64,000 nucleotides of DNA from Elusimicrobiota bacterium. Lineage in GTDB: Bacteria; Elusimicrobiota; Elusimicrobia; UBA1565. Under the pieces are notes generated by a model. That model saw nothing but the letters and a program-made list of their open reading frames with translations, was not told the DNA's origin and ran no database searches. The DNA is taken from NCBI GenBank assembly GCA_043827405.1, contig JBDRPD010000039.1, positions 1 through 64,000 of the forward strand. The letters run 5' to 3'. The position numbers were made by a program, and so were the translations under genes. Position 1 is the first letter of the stretch; every line of letters starts with the position of its first letter. Below, piece by piece: positions 7,693 to 17,300 of this stretch.

Positions 7693-9498
7693 ATGCGCAG
7701 GCATGGCATCCTCATCGCTCTGGCGGCGGTCCTTGTCTTGGCGGTCGTTTCGCTGATCGTCGGCCGCCGCCGTCTGCCTTCCTACATAGAGGGTCGTCTG
7801 GAAGCGCTGACCGGCGCGGACGTGACGGTACGGCATTTTCGGATCAGCCCGTTGGCCTGCCGCATCGCCGCCGCGGTGCGGCTGCGCGATGCGCAGGGCG
7901 GCCTCCTTGATGTGAAGCGGGCGGAAGCCGAGATCGCTTTGCGGCCGCTGCTCAGCGGGCGCCTGAAGATCAATAAGCTGCGCCTGAACGGGGCGCAAGT
8001 CACGGTTTCCACGCAGGCGGGCGGCTATCGGATCCATGGGTTGGCCATGGCCGCCGGCGGGGAAATAGGCGGCGGCGCGCCCAAGCGTCTCATTATTGAA
8101 GAATCCGTCTTTACCTACAAAGGCCGCCGGATCGAGCTCCACCGGTTCGATATGGGCGGCGGCCGGAAGACGGCGCTGAGTCTCTGGGGCGAAAGCGACG
8201 GCGTCTCGCTGCGCTTTCAGGGGACCGGGGGATTGGTCGAGGGGCTACCGCGCGCCGCCGGAGAGCTGAAGCTCGAGGGGCTGCCGGCGGCTGGGCTTTC
8301 CCGCCGGAGTATGCGGGTCTTGACGGGCGAGCTGGCACTCGACGGCAAGATCCAGGTCAAAGCCGCGAAAGATTTCGCGCAGCAGCTGATCCAATGGGAC
8401 GGCCGGGTGGACTGGCGCGGCATCGAGGCCGTCTACCGGTCGAGCGGGACCACTTTGCATTTTCTCAGTACGGGTACCGCGCATCTGGCCGGTTTGCGGG
8501 TGGGCCTTCCCGAGCGTCGTATTTTTGTCGAGCAGGCGGTGACCTCGACCGGCACCGTGGTCGAAGTTCTGGACAAGTCGTTTGCGCGGCCTCCGAGGCT
8601 GCGGCTCGAGCCCTTCGCCGCGGTGCTCTCCGGGCTGGAAGTGGCGGCTTCCTCCTGGTCGGCCAAGCTGCGGCTGGATGCCCGCACCCAGCATCGCGGG
8701 CGGCTCGCCTCATCTTTTAATCTGGTCAGCATGAACGGCGTACCCAGCGGCGAGCTCGGCCTGGAACTTAACGATATGCAGCTGGCGCCGCTGTCGGCCT
8801 ATGCCGAACGCTATCTCGGCAGCAAGGTGAAGACCGGCATTTTGGACCTGAAGGCCGAGGCGCGGCTCACCAACGGCGTCATCGAAGGGGTGAAGAATTA
8901 CCGGGTGCGCAAGCTCGACCTCGATTGGATATGGAAGGGCGATCAGGACGCGGTGCAAAAGCGGCTGGGCGTATCTTTGGGGACCTTGCTCTCCTTGATG
9001 ACCAACAAGGACGGCGATGTCATCCTGTCGGTGCCGGTCAGCGGCAAAATCAGCGAGCTCGAATTCGGCACGGCGGGCATAGCGCAGCGGCTGCTGGTTA
9101 AGGGCTTGGGCGTCGCGGCGGTCAAGGCGGCAGAGACCGCCTTCCCTCCCTTGAAGGTCGCCCGGCTGGCGGCCAAGGGCGCGGGGTTCTTGTTTAAGTG
9201 GCGCTTCAAGGATATTCGCTTTGCTCCCGGCCAAGACGAGATGGCCCCGGAGTCGGCGGCTTATCTGCGCGAGGTGGGTGAAAAGCTGCGGGAAAAGATC
9301 GGCGTAAGCATTCGCATCTGCGGCCGCGCGGTCGCCGCCGATCCCGCGCCGCCGTTGTCCATGGCCGAGCAGCGTGCTAAACGGGTGCAGACTTTGCTGA
9401 TCGAAGAGTTTTCGATCGCTCCCGAACGCCTGGTCCTGTGCGCTCCCGTTATCGATGAGGGCAAGGACGCGGTTCCCATCGTCGAGCTGTCGCTCTAG
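7693..9498 (+). CDS. DUF748/AsmA-like protein with C-terminal OmpA-like domain
   Basis: N-terminal TM and beta-rich body. LAPLSAYAERYLG...G.LDL and LLSLMTNKDGDVILSVPVSG are typical of DUF748. C-terminal IRFAPG...ICGRA...AEQRAKRV. Confidence 0.75.
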   Translation: MRRHGILIALAAVLVLAVVSLIVGRRRLPSYIEGRLEALTGADVTVRHFRISPLACRIAAAVRLRDAQGGLLDVKRAEAEIALRPLLSGRLKINKLRLNGAQVTVSTQAGGYRIHGLAMAAGGEIGGGAPKRLIIEESVFTYKGRRIELHRFDMGGGRKTALSLWGESDGVSLRFQGTGGLVEGLPRAAGELKLEGLPAAGLSRRSMRVLTGELALDGKIQVKAAKDFAQQLIQWDGRVDWRGIEAVYRSSGTTLHFLSTGTAHLAGLRVGLPERRIFVEQAVTSTGTVVEVLDKSFARPPRLRLEPFAAVLSGLEVAASSWSAKLRLDARTQHRGRLASSFNLVSMNGVPSGELGLELNDMQLAPLSAYAERYLGSKVKTGILDLKAEARLTNGVIEGVKNYRVRKLDLDWIWKGDQDAVQKRLGVSLGTLLSLMTNKDGDVILSVPVSGKISELEFGTAGIAQRLLVKGLGVAAVKAAETAFPPLKVARLAAKGAGFLFKWRFKDIRFAPGQDEMAPESAAYLREVGEKLREKIGVSIRICGRAVAADPAPPLSMAEQRAKRVQTLLIEEFSIAPERLVLCAPVIDEGKDAVPIVELSL

Positions 9499-9581
9499 CC
9501 CTTAACCGGCCGTAACATTACGCGCCTTGTGCGTTTCTGGGGCGGCGGCTATACTCGAAATGGATAGGTATCTGAGAGGGT

Positions 9582-12500
9582 ATGGTTCTGCGCGCGCTGT
9601 TTTTCATCTTTTTTCTGTCTTGGCCTCCGGCGTCTCCGGCCGCGGCTTTGGATTTCAGCATAGCGACGGTGTCCGCCACCGGCGACACGGGGTATTTCAC
9701 CTCTCTAGCCATCGATCAGGACGGAAATCTGCATGCGGCCTATTATGATGCCGATGCCGGCGAGGTGTACTATACGAGCCGGACCGCCGGCGCGGGCTGG
9801 AGCGTCCCGACCAAGATTCTGGAGGGTGATGATTCCGCGCATGTAAGCCTGGCGATCGGTGCGGACGGGAAGCGCCATGTCGCTTTCTACTCCGCGGACG
9901 CGCCCTGTGCGGCGTTGTGCTATGCGGTATCGTCCGATGGTTGGACGTGGACTCCCGCTGCTGTTGATGATGCAGCCGGCGGCAATTATGCTGCCATAGC
10001 CCTCAACGGTGCGGGCTATCCCAGCATCGCCTATGCGGGGGCGAGCGGCGAGGTGAAGTACGCCTTGTTTGACGGCGGCGCCTGGATCCTCGAGACGGCG
10101 GATGCTGCTGCTTCGGTCCTGGTCGATCTCGGCGGGGATGAGGCTAATGTGCGGCAGGTGTCGCTTGCCCTGGACGGCGCCGGGCGGCCGCGTATCGCCT
10201 ATTTTGACGCCAACAGCACCGTCCTGAAATATGCCGCGCGCGGCGTCGCGGCCTGGGGAGCGCCGGAGACGGTGGAAAATACCGGCGCAGTCTTCGCCGG
10301 CGTGTCTTTGGCTCTCGACGGCGGCGGGGAGCCGCGGATATCTTACGCCGACTACGACAACGGCAGTCTGCGCTATGCGGCCCGGGCCGGCGGCTTATGG
10401 AGCGCGGTCGAGGCCGTCGCCGCTTTGGGACCGCCGCAGATTCAGTTTTCCAGCGCTCTGGGGCTCGACGGCGACGGCGATCCGCTGATCGCCTTTAACG
10501 ATGACGACACCCCCGCGCTCTACTTCGCCTGGTATACCGGCGCCGCCTGGAACAGCCAGACCGTGGATAACGACGCCGATACCGCGGGCTACTTCGTCGC
10601 GCTGGCGATCGACGCGGCGGGCAATCCGCATATCGTCTACGGCGACAGCCAGTCCGGAAGCTCGGCGTTAAAGTACGCCTCGGCGACGGCGGCCGGCTTC
10701 ACACCGCCGCTGGGCGGCGGCCCGGGCGGCAAGGTGCAGGCGCCGGCGGACTTCCGGGCTCAGAACGCGAGCTCGGCGGCGATCACTTGGTCCTGGAGCG
10801 ATAATGCCGCCAATGAGCTGGGCTTCGAGCTCTACGGCGCGGCCTCATCCACCGGTCCCTTCACCCTCATCGCCGACACCCATACCCTCGGCCCGAATGT
10901 GACCAGCTTCAGCGAGAGCGAACTGACTCCCAATACCAGCTACTTCCGTTATATCGCCGCGGTGAACGCCGGCGGGGTCGTCGTCTCCAGCGGTTCGCTT
11001 GGCCTGACCGGGCGGATGAGCGCGCCGGGAGCCGCGGCCGCCGCCTTTACCGCCGTCTCCACCGCGAACTTTACCGCGCATTGGACTCGGGGAGCCGGCG
11101 CCGCGGATACGAGCTATATCGTCCTGGCCTCCACCGCCGCCGATTTCTCGGTCGTCAATGCCTCCTCGGAGACGTGGAACATGTTCGCCGTTCTCGGCGG
11201 ACTGGAGCCGGCAACTACTTACTACGTGCGGGCGGCGGCCTTTGCCGGGGCCAGCACGTCGAGCTATACGAATTTGGGATCGACGGCGACTTTGCCGCTC
11301 ATCCTGGCCGTCCCCGCACCGTTTGCCGGCGCGGTGCAGGGCATCTCCAGCATCGCTTGGTCTTGGGGAAACGTCATCGATGAGGCGGGATTCCGGGTCG
11401 TCTCTTCAACCGGCGGCAATATGTCCGGCGACTTGGCGGCCGATGTCCTCAGCTTCACGGAGACCGGGCTCTCGACCAATACGCTCTACAGTAGACGGGC
11501 CGTCGCTTTCTCGGCGTTGTCCTACTCTACGTCGGCCGCCGCTGAGCTCTATACGCTGGCCGCGCCGCCGACCAGTTTCGCCTTCACCGAAGTTTTCATC
11601 GACTCGATTACTGTGCAATGGGCGGCCAATACCAATCCCGCCGACACGACCACGTACCGGGTGGATCGCTGGGAAGCGGGCGGCGCCACGACCAGCATAA
11701 CAGTGAGCCTGACCAGCGCGACGCTGACCGGTCTGGCGGAGCTGACAACCTACTATCTGACCGTGCACGCGCTCAACGGCGACAATACCGCGACGGCATC
11801 GGGCCTCGCACTATCGACCGCGACGCTTGAGCGTCCGCTATCGCCTCCGGGGCAGGCGGCCGCTGCTTTCACCGGTGTCGCGGTTACTAGTTTTACGGTT
11901 GCTTGGACATCGGGAACGGAGGCAAATACATTTAATCCCAGCGGGACCTTTTATATCGTGCGGGGTTCCACCGCCGCGAACTTCTCCGTTATCAATATTT
12001 CATCCGAGACGCTGAACCTCGCCGCGAGCTTTACCAGTTTGGATCCGAATACAACCTACTATGTCCAGGTAGCGGCGTTCGAGGGAGCGAGCACGACAAC
12101 CGCTGCAGACCTCGGCTCGATCACGACCCTGTCGCCGGTGCTGGCGGTTCCGGTCGGGTCCGCCGGCGCGGCGCAGGGAATTTCCAGCGTCACCTGGTCG
12201 TGGGGAAATATCGTCGACGAGTCCGGCTTTCGGGTCGTCTCCTCGACCGGCGGCAATCTGTCCGGCGACCTGGCGGCCGATGTCCTGAGCTTCACGGAGA
12301 CCGGGCTCTCGACCAATACGCTCTACACCCGGCGCGTCGTCGCATTCGCGGGGGTTTCTTACTCGACCTCGGCCGCCGCGGCGGCCTATACGCTGGCCGC
12401 GCCGCCGACCAGCTTCACCTTCGTCGACGTCTTCATCACCTCGATGAGCCTGCAGTGGGCGGCCAATACCAATTCCGGAGCCGCTACGACCTATCGGGTA

Positions 12501-13364
12501 GACCGCTGGGAAGCCGGCGGCGCTACCACGAGCGTAACGGCCGGCGGGCTTAGCGCGGCGCTCACCGGTCTGGCGGGCGGCACGACCTATTATCTTACCG
12601 TGTCCGCGCTTAACGGCGACGGCGTCGCAACGGCGTCGGGCCTTGAGCTGTCGACCGTCACTTGGCCCGCGTCCTGGTCGGAGGCGGCGCTCGGCCCGGG
12701 CGGCGGCGGCGATATCGCGTTCAATCTGCCCGGCGGAGCGGCGGCCGTCAGCATCCCCGCGGGCGCTTTCGCCGAAGCGGTCACGGTGACGGTAACGGCT
12801 CCGGCGTCTTTTCCGGCCGCCGTCTCGCCGACGGCACGGCTGCAGGGGACAGGCGTCGGACTCGAGATTACGCTCAATAAGCCCCTGCAGCCGACGCTCG
12901 GCGTGCTGCTCCGGGTGCCGTACCTGGATTCCGAGGTCGCGGGGCTCGACCAGAGCCGGCTGCTGCTGGCCCGCTACGATGTCCCGCGCGGCGTCTGGGT
13001 GCCGCTGGTATCCAATGCCGATCCCGCAGCCCATATTGTCACGGCGGTTACCGACCATTTCTCGACTTTCCAGCTGATGGCGGCGGCCCCCGGCGACCTG
13101 TCGAACCTCAAGGCCTTTCCCAATCCGCTGCGCCCGGCGCTCGGCCATCGAACAATGAAGTTCGCCGGACTTCCGGCCGCCGCTTTGCTGCGCATCTATA
13201 CCCCGCTCGGCGAGCTGGTGCGCGAGCTGACGGCGAATACCGCCGGGATGGCGGAATGGGACGGGACCAACAGCTCCGGCCATGCGGCGGCCAGCGGTGC
13301 GTACTATGTGTTCGTGAAGGATGAGGGACGGACCCGAACCTTCGGCGTGGCGGTGCAGCGATGA
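9582..13364 (+). CDS. Large secreted surface protein: beta-propeller-like repeats, FN3 repeats and a T9SS/FlgD-Ig-like C-terminal domain
   Basis: Signal peptide; repeated SLALDGxGxPxIAY...LKYA units; FN3 units (SITVQWAA...LTGLAELTTYYLTV); C-terminal AFPNP...IYTPLGELVREL...WDGTNSSG...ASGAYY. Confidence 0.85.
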   Translation: MVLRALFFIFFLSWPPASPAAALDFSIATVSATGDTGYFTSLAIDQDGNLHAAYYDADAGEVYYTSRTAGAGWSVPTKILEGDDSAHVSLAIGADGKRHVAFYSADAPCAALCYAVSSDGWTWTPAAVDDAAGGNYAAIALNGAGYPSIAYAGASGEVKYALFDGGAWILETADAAASVLVDLGGDEANVRQVSLALDGAGRPRIAYFDANSTVLKYAARGVAAWGAPETVENTGAVFAGVSLALDGGGEPRISYADYDNGSLRYAARAGGLWSAVEAVAALGPPQIQFSSALGLDGDGDPLIAFNDDDTPALYFAWYTGAAWNSQTVDNDADTAGYFVALAIDAAGNPHIVYGDSQSGSSALKYASATAAGFTPPLGGGPGGKVQAPADFRAQNASSAAITWSWSDNAANELGFELYGAASSTGPFTLIADTHTLGPNVTSFSESELTPNTSYFRYIAAVNAGGVVVSSGSLGLTGRMSAPGAAAAAFTAVSTANFTAHWTRGAGAADTSYIVLASTAADFSVVNASSETWNMFAVLGGLEPATTYYVRAAAFAGASTSSYTNLGSTATLPLILAVPAPFAGAVQGISSIAWSWGNVIDEAGFRVVSSTGGNMSGDLAADVLSFTETGLSTNTLYSRRAVAFSALSYSTSAAAELYTLAAPPTSFAFTEVFIDSITVQWAANTNPADTTTYRVDRWEAGGATTSITVSLTSATLTGLAELTTYYLTVHALNGDNTATASGLALSTATLERPLSPPGQAAAAFTGVAVTSFTVAWTSGTEANTFNPSGTFYIVRGSTAANFSVINISSETLNLAASFTSLDPNTTYYVQVAAFEGASTTTAADLGSITTLSPVLAVPVGSAGAAQGISSVTWSWGNIVDESGFRVVSSTGGNLSGDLAADVLSFTETGLSTNTLYTRRVVAFAGVSYSTSAAAAAYTLAAPPTSFTFVDVFITSMSLQWAANTNSGAATTYRVDRWEAGGATTSVTAGGLSAALTGLAGGTTYYLTVSALNGDGVATASGLELSTVTWPASWSEAALGPGGGGDIAFNLPGGAAAVSIPAGAFAEAVTVTVTAPASFPAAVSPTARLQGTGVGLEITLNKPLQPTLGVLLRVPYLDSEVAGLDQSRLLLARYDVPRGVWVPLVSNADPAAHIVTAVTDHFSTFQLMAAAPGDLSNLKAFPNPLRPALGHRTMKFAGLPAAALLRIYTPLGELVRELTANTAGMAEWDGTNSSGHAAASGAYYVFVKDEGRTRTFGVAVQR
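11017..12660 (+). repeat. Intragenic tandem duplication of a ~830-bp three-FN3 block
   Basis: 11397-11490 recurs almost identically at 12234-12327 (offset 837). Protein blocks SWGNxxDExGFRVVSSTGGNxSGDLAADVLSFTETGLSTNTLY and YRVDRWEAGGATTS each occur twice. Confidence 0.9.
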
Positions 13365-14305
13365 GAGCCTGGGCGCTTGTTGTGCTGCTGTTCGCGAGCG
13401 TCCCGGCGGCGCGGGCGGCTTCCTTCAATCGCGCCGCTCGCGGCACGGCGGGGGCGGCGTTTCTGAAGCTGCGGCCGGGCGCGCGTCCCATCGCGCTGGG
13501 CGAGGCCTATGCGGCCATGGCGGACGACGCCGAGGCTATTTACTGGAATCCGGCGGCCCTGACCCGCATCTTGAGCCGCAGCGCCGCCTTTACCCATGCC
13601 TCGCATCTCAATGGGAGTTTTTCGGAGTACGGCGCCTGCGGCATGTACCTGGGCGGCGGCAGCTCATTGGGCGCCGGCTTCCAGTACTTTTCAGCGGGCT
13701 CGATGATCGAGACCGACGATGCCGGCATCGAGCGCGGCAGCTTCACGCCCAGCGACCTGGCGCTGTCGTTCGCCTACGCCTACAAGCTGCGGCTTCCCGA
13801 CTTCCCCGTCGTGCACCGCGGTGCTTTGGGTGTGGGCGTCAAGTATATCCGCTCAAGCGTCGTCGACACGGCGCAGACGGCGGCGGTCGATATCGGCCTG
13901 CTGTCGCGAGTCTACGGGGACCAGCTGCGGCTGGCGTTTACCGCGACCAATATCGGCGGCAGCCTGAAGTTCGAGGAGGAGGGGAGCGCGCTTCCGGCCG
14001 CGCTGCGTTTCGGCGGCACCTACCGCATGCATGAGAATTGGCTGGCGGCGCTCGATGTGGAGCTGCCGCGGGACAACGGCCCGGTTCTCGGGCTGGGCAC
14101 CGAGTATGCCTGGGAAGTCGAAAAGGGTTGGCTGCTGGCCGGACGCGTCGGTCTAAATACCCGGACGCTTGACGAGGTGGACGGCCTCTCCGGGCTGTCG
14201 CTCGGCTTCGGTTCCGACTATCGCCGGACCGGATTTGACTACGCTTTCCTGCCTTTCGGCGACCTCGGGGCGTCGCACCGGCTCACCTTCTCCTACCTCT
14301 GGTAG
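13361..14305 (+). CDS. PorV/PorQ-like (UPF0164/FadL-like) outer-membrane beta-barrel
   Basis: Signal peptide; AFLKLRPGARPIALGEAY...AIYWNPAAL; C-terminal DYAFLPFGDLGASHRLTFSYLW. Overlaps the upstream stop (ATGA). Confidence 0.85.
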   Translation: MRAWALVVLLFASVPAARAASFNRAARGTAGAAFLKLRPGARPIALGEAYAAMADDAEAIYWNPAALTRILSRSAAFTHASHLNGSFSEYGACGMYLGGGSSLGAGFQYFSAGSMIETDDAGIERGSFTPSDLALSFAYAYKLRLPDFPVVHRGALGVGVKYIRSSVVDTAQTAAVDIGLLSRVYGDQLRLAFTATNIGGSLKFEEEGSALPAALRFGGTYRMHENWLAALDVELPRDNGPVLGLGTEYAWEVEKGWLLAGRVGLNTRTLDEVDGLSGLSLGFGSDYRRTGFDYAFLPFGDLGASHRLTFSYLW

Positions 14306-14371
14306 CCCTTGCGCCGGTCTCGGCACAAGCGATAAGCTACCTCCTACTTTGACCGCTGCCGGGGGGGACTT

Positions 14372-17300
14372 ATGCGAGCATCGTTTATCCGGGCTATAGC
14401 CGTTTTCTTGGTCGCCGCCGCGCCGGGCATCGCCGCGGCCGCACCCCTGGCCGTCAAGGACGTGCCCGAGCCGCTCAAGCCCTGGGTGGAATGGGTTCTC
14501 TACGGGCATGAGAACGCGAAGTGTCCCTTCCTGCAGGGCAGCGCGCAGCAGCGGCAGTGCCTGTGGCCGTCGCAGCTGCAGCTGTCGCTCCATGCCAAGG
14601 GCGGGACTTTCAAGCAGGTCTGGCAGGTTTACAAAGAGGATTGGATATCCCTCCCCGGCGACGAGAAGCGGTGGCCGCAGGCGACTATGCTCAACGGCGC
14701 GTCCGCCCGGGTGATCCGGCGCGGCGGTCGTCCGGCGATCCTGGTCAAGCCCGGCCGCCATACGGTTTCCGGCTCCTTCACGTGGGACCGTCTGCCCGAG
14801 CTTCTGCAAGTCCCCGCGGACACCGCCCTGCTGACGCTGTCGGTGCGTGAGCGTCCCGTAAGCTTCCCGGTCATGGACGACCGAGGTCAGCTGTGGCTGC
14901 AGAAGACGCAGACCGTCGCCGAGGGGCAGCCCCGCATGGAGATCGTGGTGCACCGGCGCGTCGAGGATGATATACCGCTGCGGCTGTTCACCCGGGTGAC
15001 GCTGAAGGTTTCGGGCCAAAGCCGCGAGGTCCTGCTGGGACGGGCGCTGCCCGAAGGATTTGTGCCGATGTCCTTGTCGGCGCCGCTGCCGGCGCGCATC
15101 GAGCCGGACGGGCGGCTGCGGGTACAGGTGCGTCCGGGCAATTGGGTGCTGAGCCTGGATGCGCGCTATGAGGGGCCGGCCAAGGAGATTACGCTGGGCG
15201 GCGAGCCGGGCGGACCCTGGGATGCGGATGAGGCCTGGGTCTTCGTATCCCGGGACTCCTATCGCCTGGTATCCGTGGAGGGCGTGCCGGGCATTGATCC
15301 CCAGCAGACCGAATTGCCGGGAGACTGGCGGCGCTTTCCCGCCTATCTAATGCATGCGGGCAGCACCATGCGCTTCGCCGAGAAGCGGCGGGGCGACGCC
15401 GATCCTTCAGCCGACCGCCTGACGCTCGACCGGACTTTCTGGCTCGATTTCGACGGCAAGGGGCTGAGCGTTCAGGACAAGATCAACGGAACGCTCAGCC
15501 GCAGCTGGCGGCTGGAAGTGGAGCCGGGGACGGAGCTCGGCCGGGCGGCGGTGGGCGGTCAGGACCAGTTCATCACCGCGCTGGACCAGGGCGGGGCGGC
15601 CGGCATCGAGGTGCGCCAAGGCCAGGTCAATGTCGCCGCCGACAGCCGGCTTGAAGGCGGCGTATCGAGCGTGCCGGCGGTGAGCTGGAAGCATGACTTC
15701 GATAAGGTCAGCGGGCGAATGCGCGTGCCGCCGGGTTGGCAGCTGATCCACGCTTGGGGGGTGGATGACGCCTCGCCCACCTGGATCAATATGTGGACTT
15801 TGCTGGATATTTTCTTGCTGCTCATCATCGCCCTCTCCGTCGGCAGGCTCTGGGGCTGGCGCTGGGGGCTGGCCGCCTTCGCCGCGGCCGGCGTCTCCTG
15901 GCATGAGGCCATGGCGCCGCGCTGGGTCTGGCTGTTCATTCTTGCCGGCGAGGCGCTTTACCGCGCGCTGCCGGAGGGGAAATTTCTGCGCTGGACAAAA
16001 ATCTACCGCTGGATTGTGTGGCTGGTCCTGCTCCTGATCGTGGTGCCGTTTTTCATCGTGCAGGTGCGCAACGGGCTCTACCCGCAGCTCGAGCGGACGC
16101 GCCGCCTCTGGGGCTGGAGCCCGTCGGCGGTGATGAGCATGCGCGCCATGGACGCCGCCGCGCCGCAGGAAGCCGCGCTGGAAGAAGGCGATTTCGAGCT
16201 GAGCGAGGATGCCGTTTCCTACGAGCGCAAGTCCATGCGCAAAGCGCGGAGCAAGGTCCAAGCCATGCGCGGTTATTCGGCGGGATCGCTACCTGGGAAG
16301 CCGCGTATGGCTCAGACCTATGCGCCGGATCCGCGCTCCCGGGTGTCTACCGGGCCGGGCCTGCCCAACTGGTCGTGGCGGGAGATCGCGCTGTCCTGGC
16401 GCGGGCCGGTACGCGCGGGACAGAAGATGCGACTGCTGTGGATTCCGCCGCAGGGGAATCTGCTGCTGGCGGTCCTGCGCATCGCGCTGATTCTGGCGCT
16501 GGCCTTCGGCATGCTGGGTTTCCCGGTGGCCGACTGGCTCAAAACGCTGGGCGGACGTGAGGGCTGGCGTAAGCTGGCGAAGACGGTGCTGCCGCTGCTG
16601 CTTCTGCTGGCGCCGCCGGCCGCGGAGGCGGCCAAACGGCCGCAGGAAAATGATACGCCGCCGGCCGAGATCTTGCAGGAGCTGCGCCAGCGTTTGCTGG
16701 CGGTTCCGGAATGCTCGCCGCAATGCGCCGACAGCCCGCGCCTGCACCTCAGCGTCACGGCGGACCGTATTGAGGGGCGCATGCACATCAACGCGGCGGC
16801 GGAGACCGCGGTGCCGCTTCCCGGCGGCGTCAAGCAGTGGACGCCGACTACGGTCCTCGTCGACGGCGGTCCGGCGCCCGGCCTGATGCGCTCCGCTGAC
16901 GGACGGCTGTGGCTGGCGCTGGCGCCCGGCAGCCATCAGATTCTGTTTTCCGGTCCGCTGCCCGATCGCGAAACTTTGCAGCTGCCGCTGCCGCTCAAAT
17001 CCCACCGGGTGGAAGCCGCGGTCTCCGGCTGGGTGCTTGACGGCCTGCACGAGGACGGCCAGGCGGACGACAACCTGCAGCTGACCCGCATGCGGGGACG
17101 GGGAGCGGTAAAATCCAGCACGCTGGAGCCGGGCAATCTCCCGCCTTTCGTGCGCGTTGAGCGCACTTTGCGTCTCGGCTTGTCGTGGCAGGTGGAGACG
17201 CGGGTAATACGCATGACGCCGGCCGGCGCCGCCGTGGTGCTGGAGATTCCGCTGCTGCCGGGAGAGTCGGTGACCTCGGCCGATGTGCGGACCGCCGAGG

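Noticed and set aside
11017..12660. Long repeat pair as a diversity-generating retroelement TR/VR
   Set aside because: Both copies are in-frame in one gene, differences look mostly synonymous rather than adenine-specific, and no reverse transcriptase is present.
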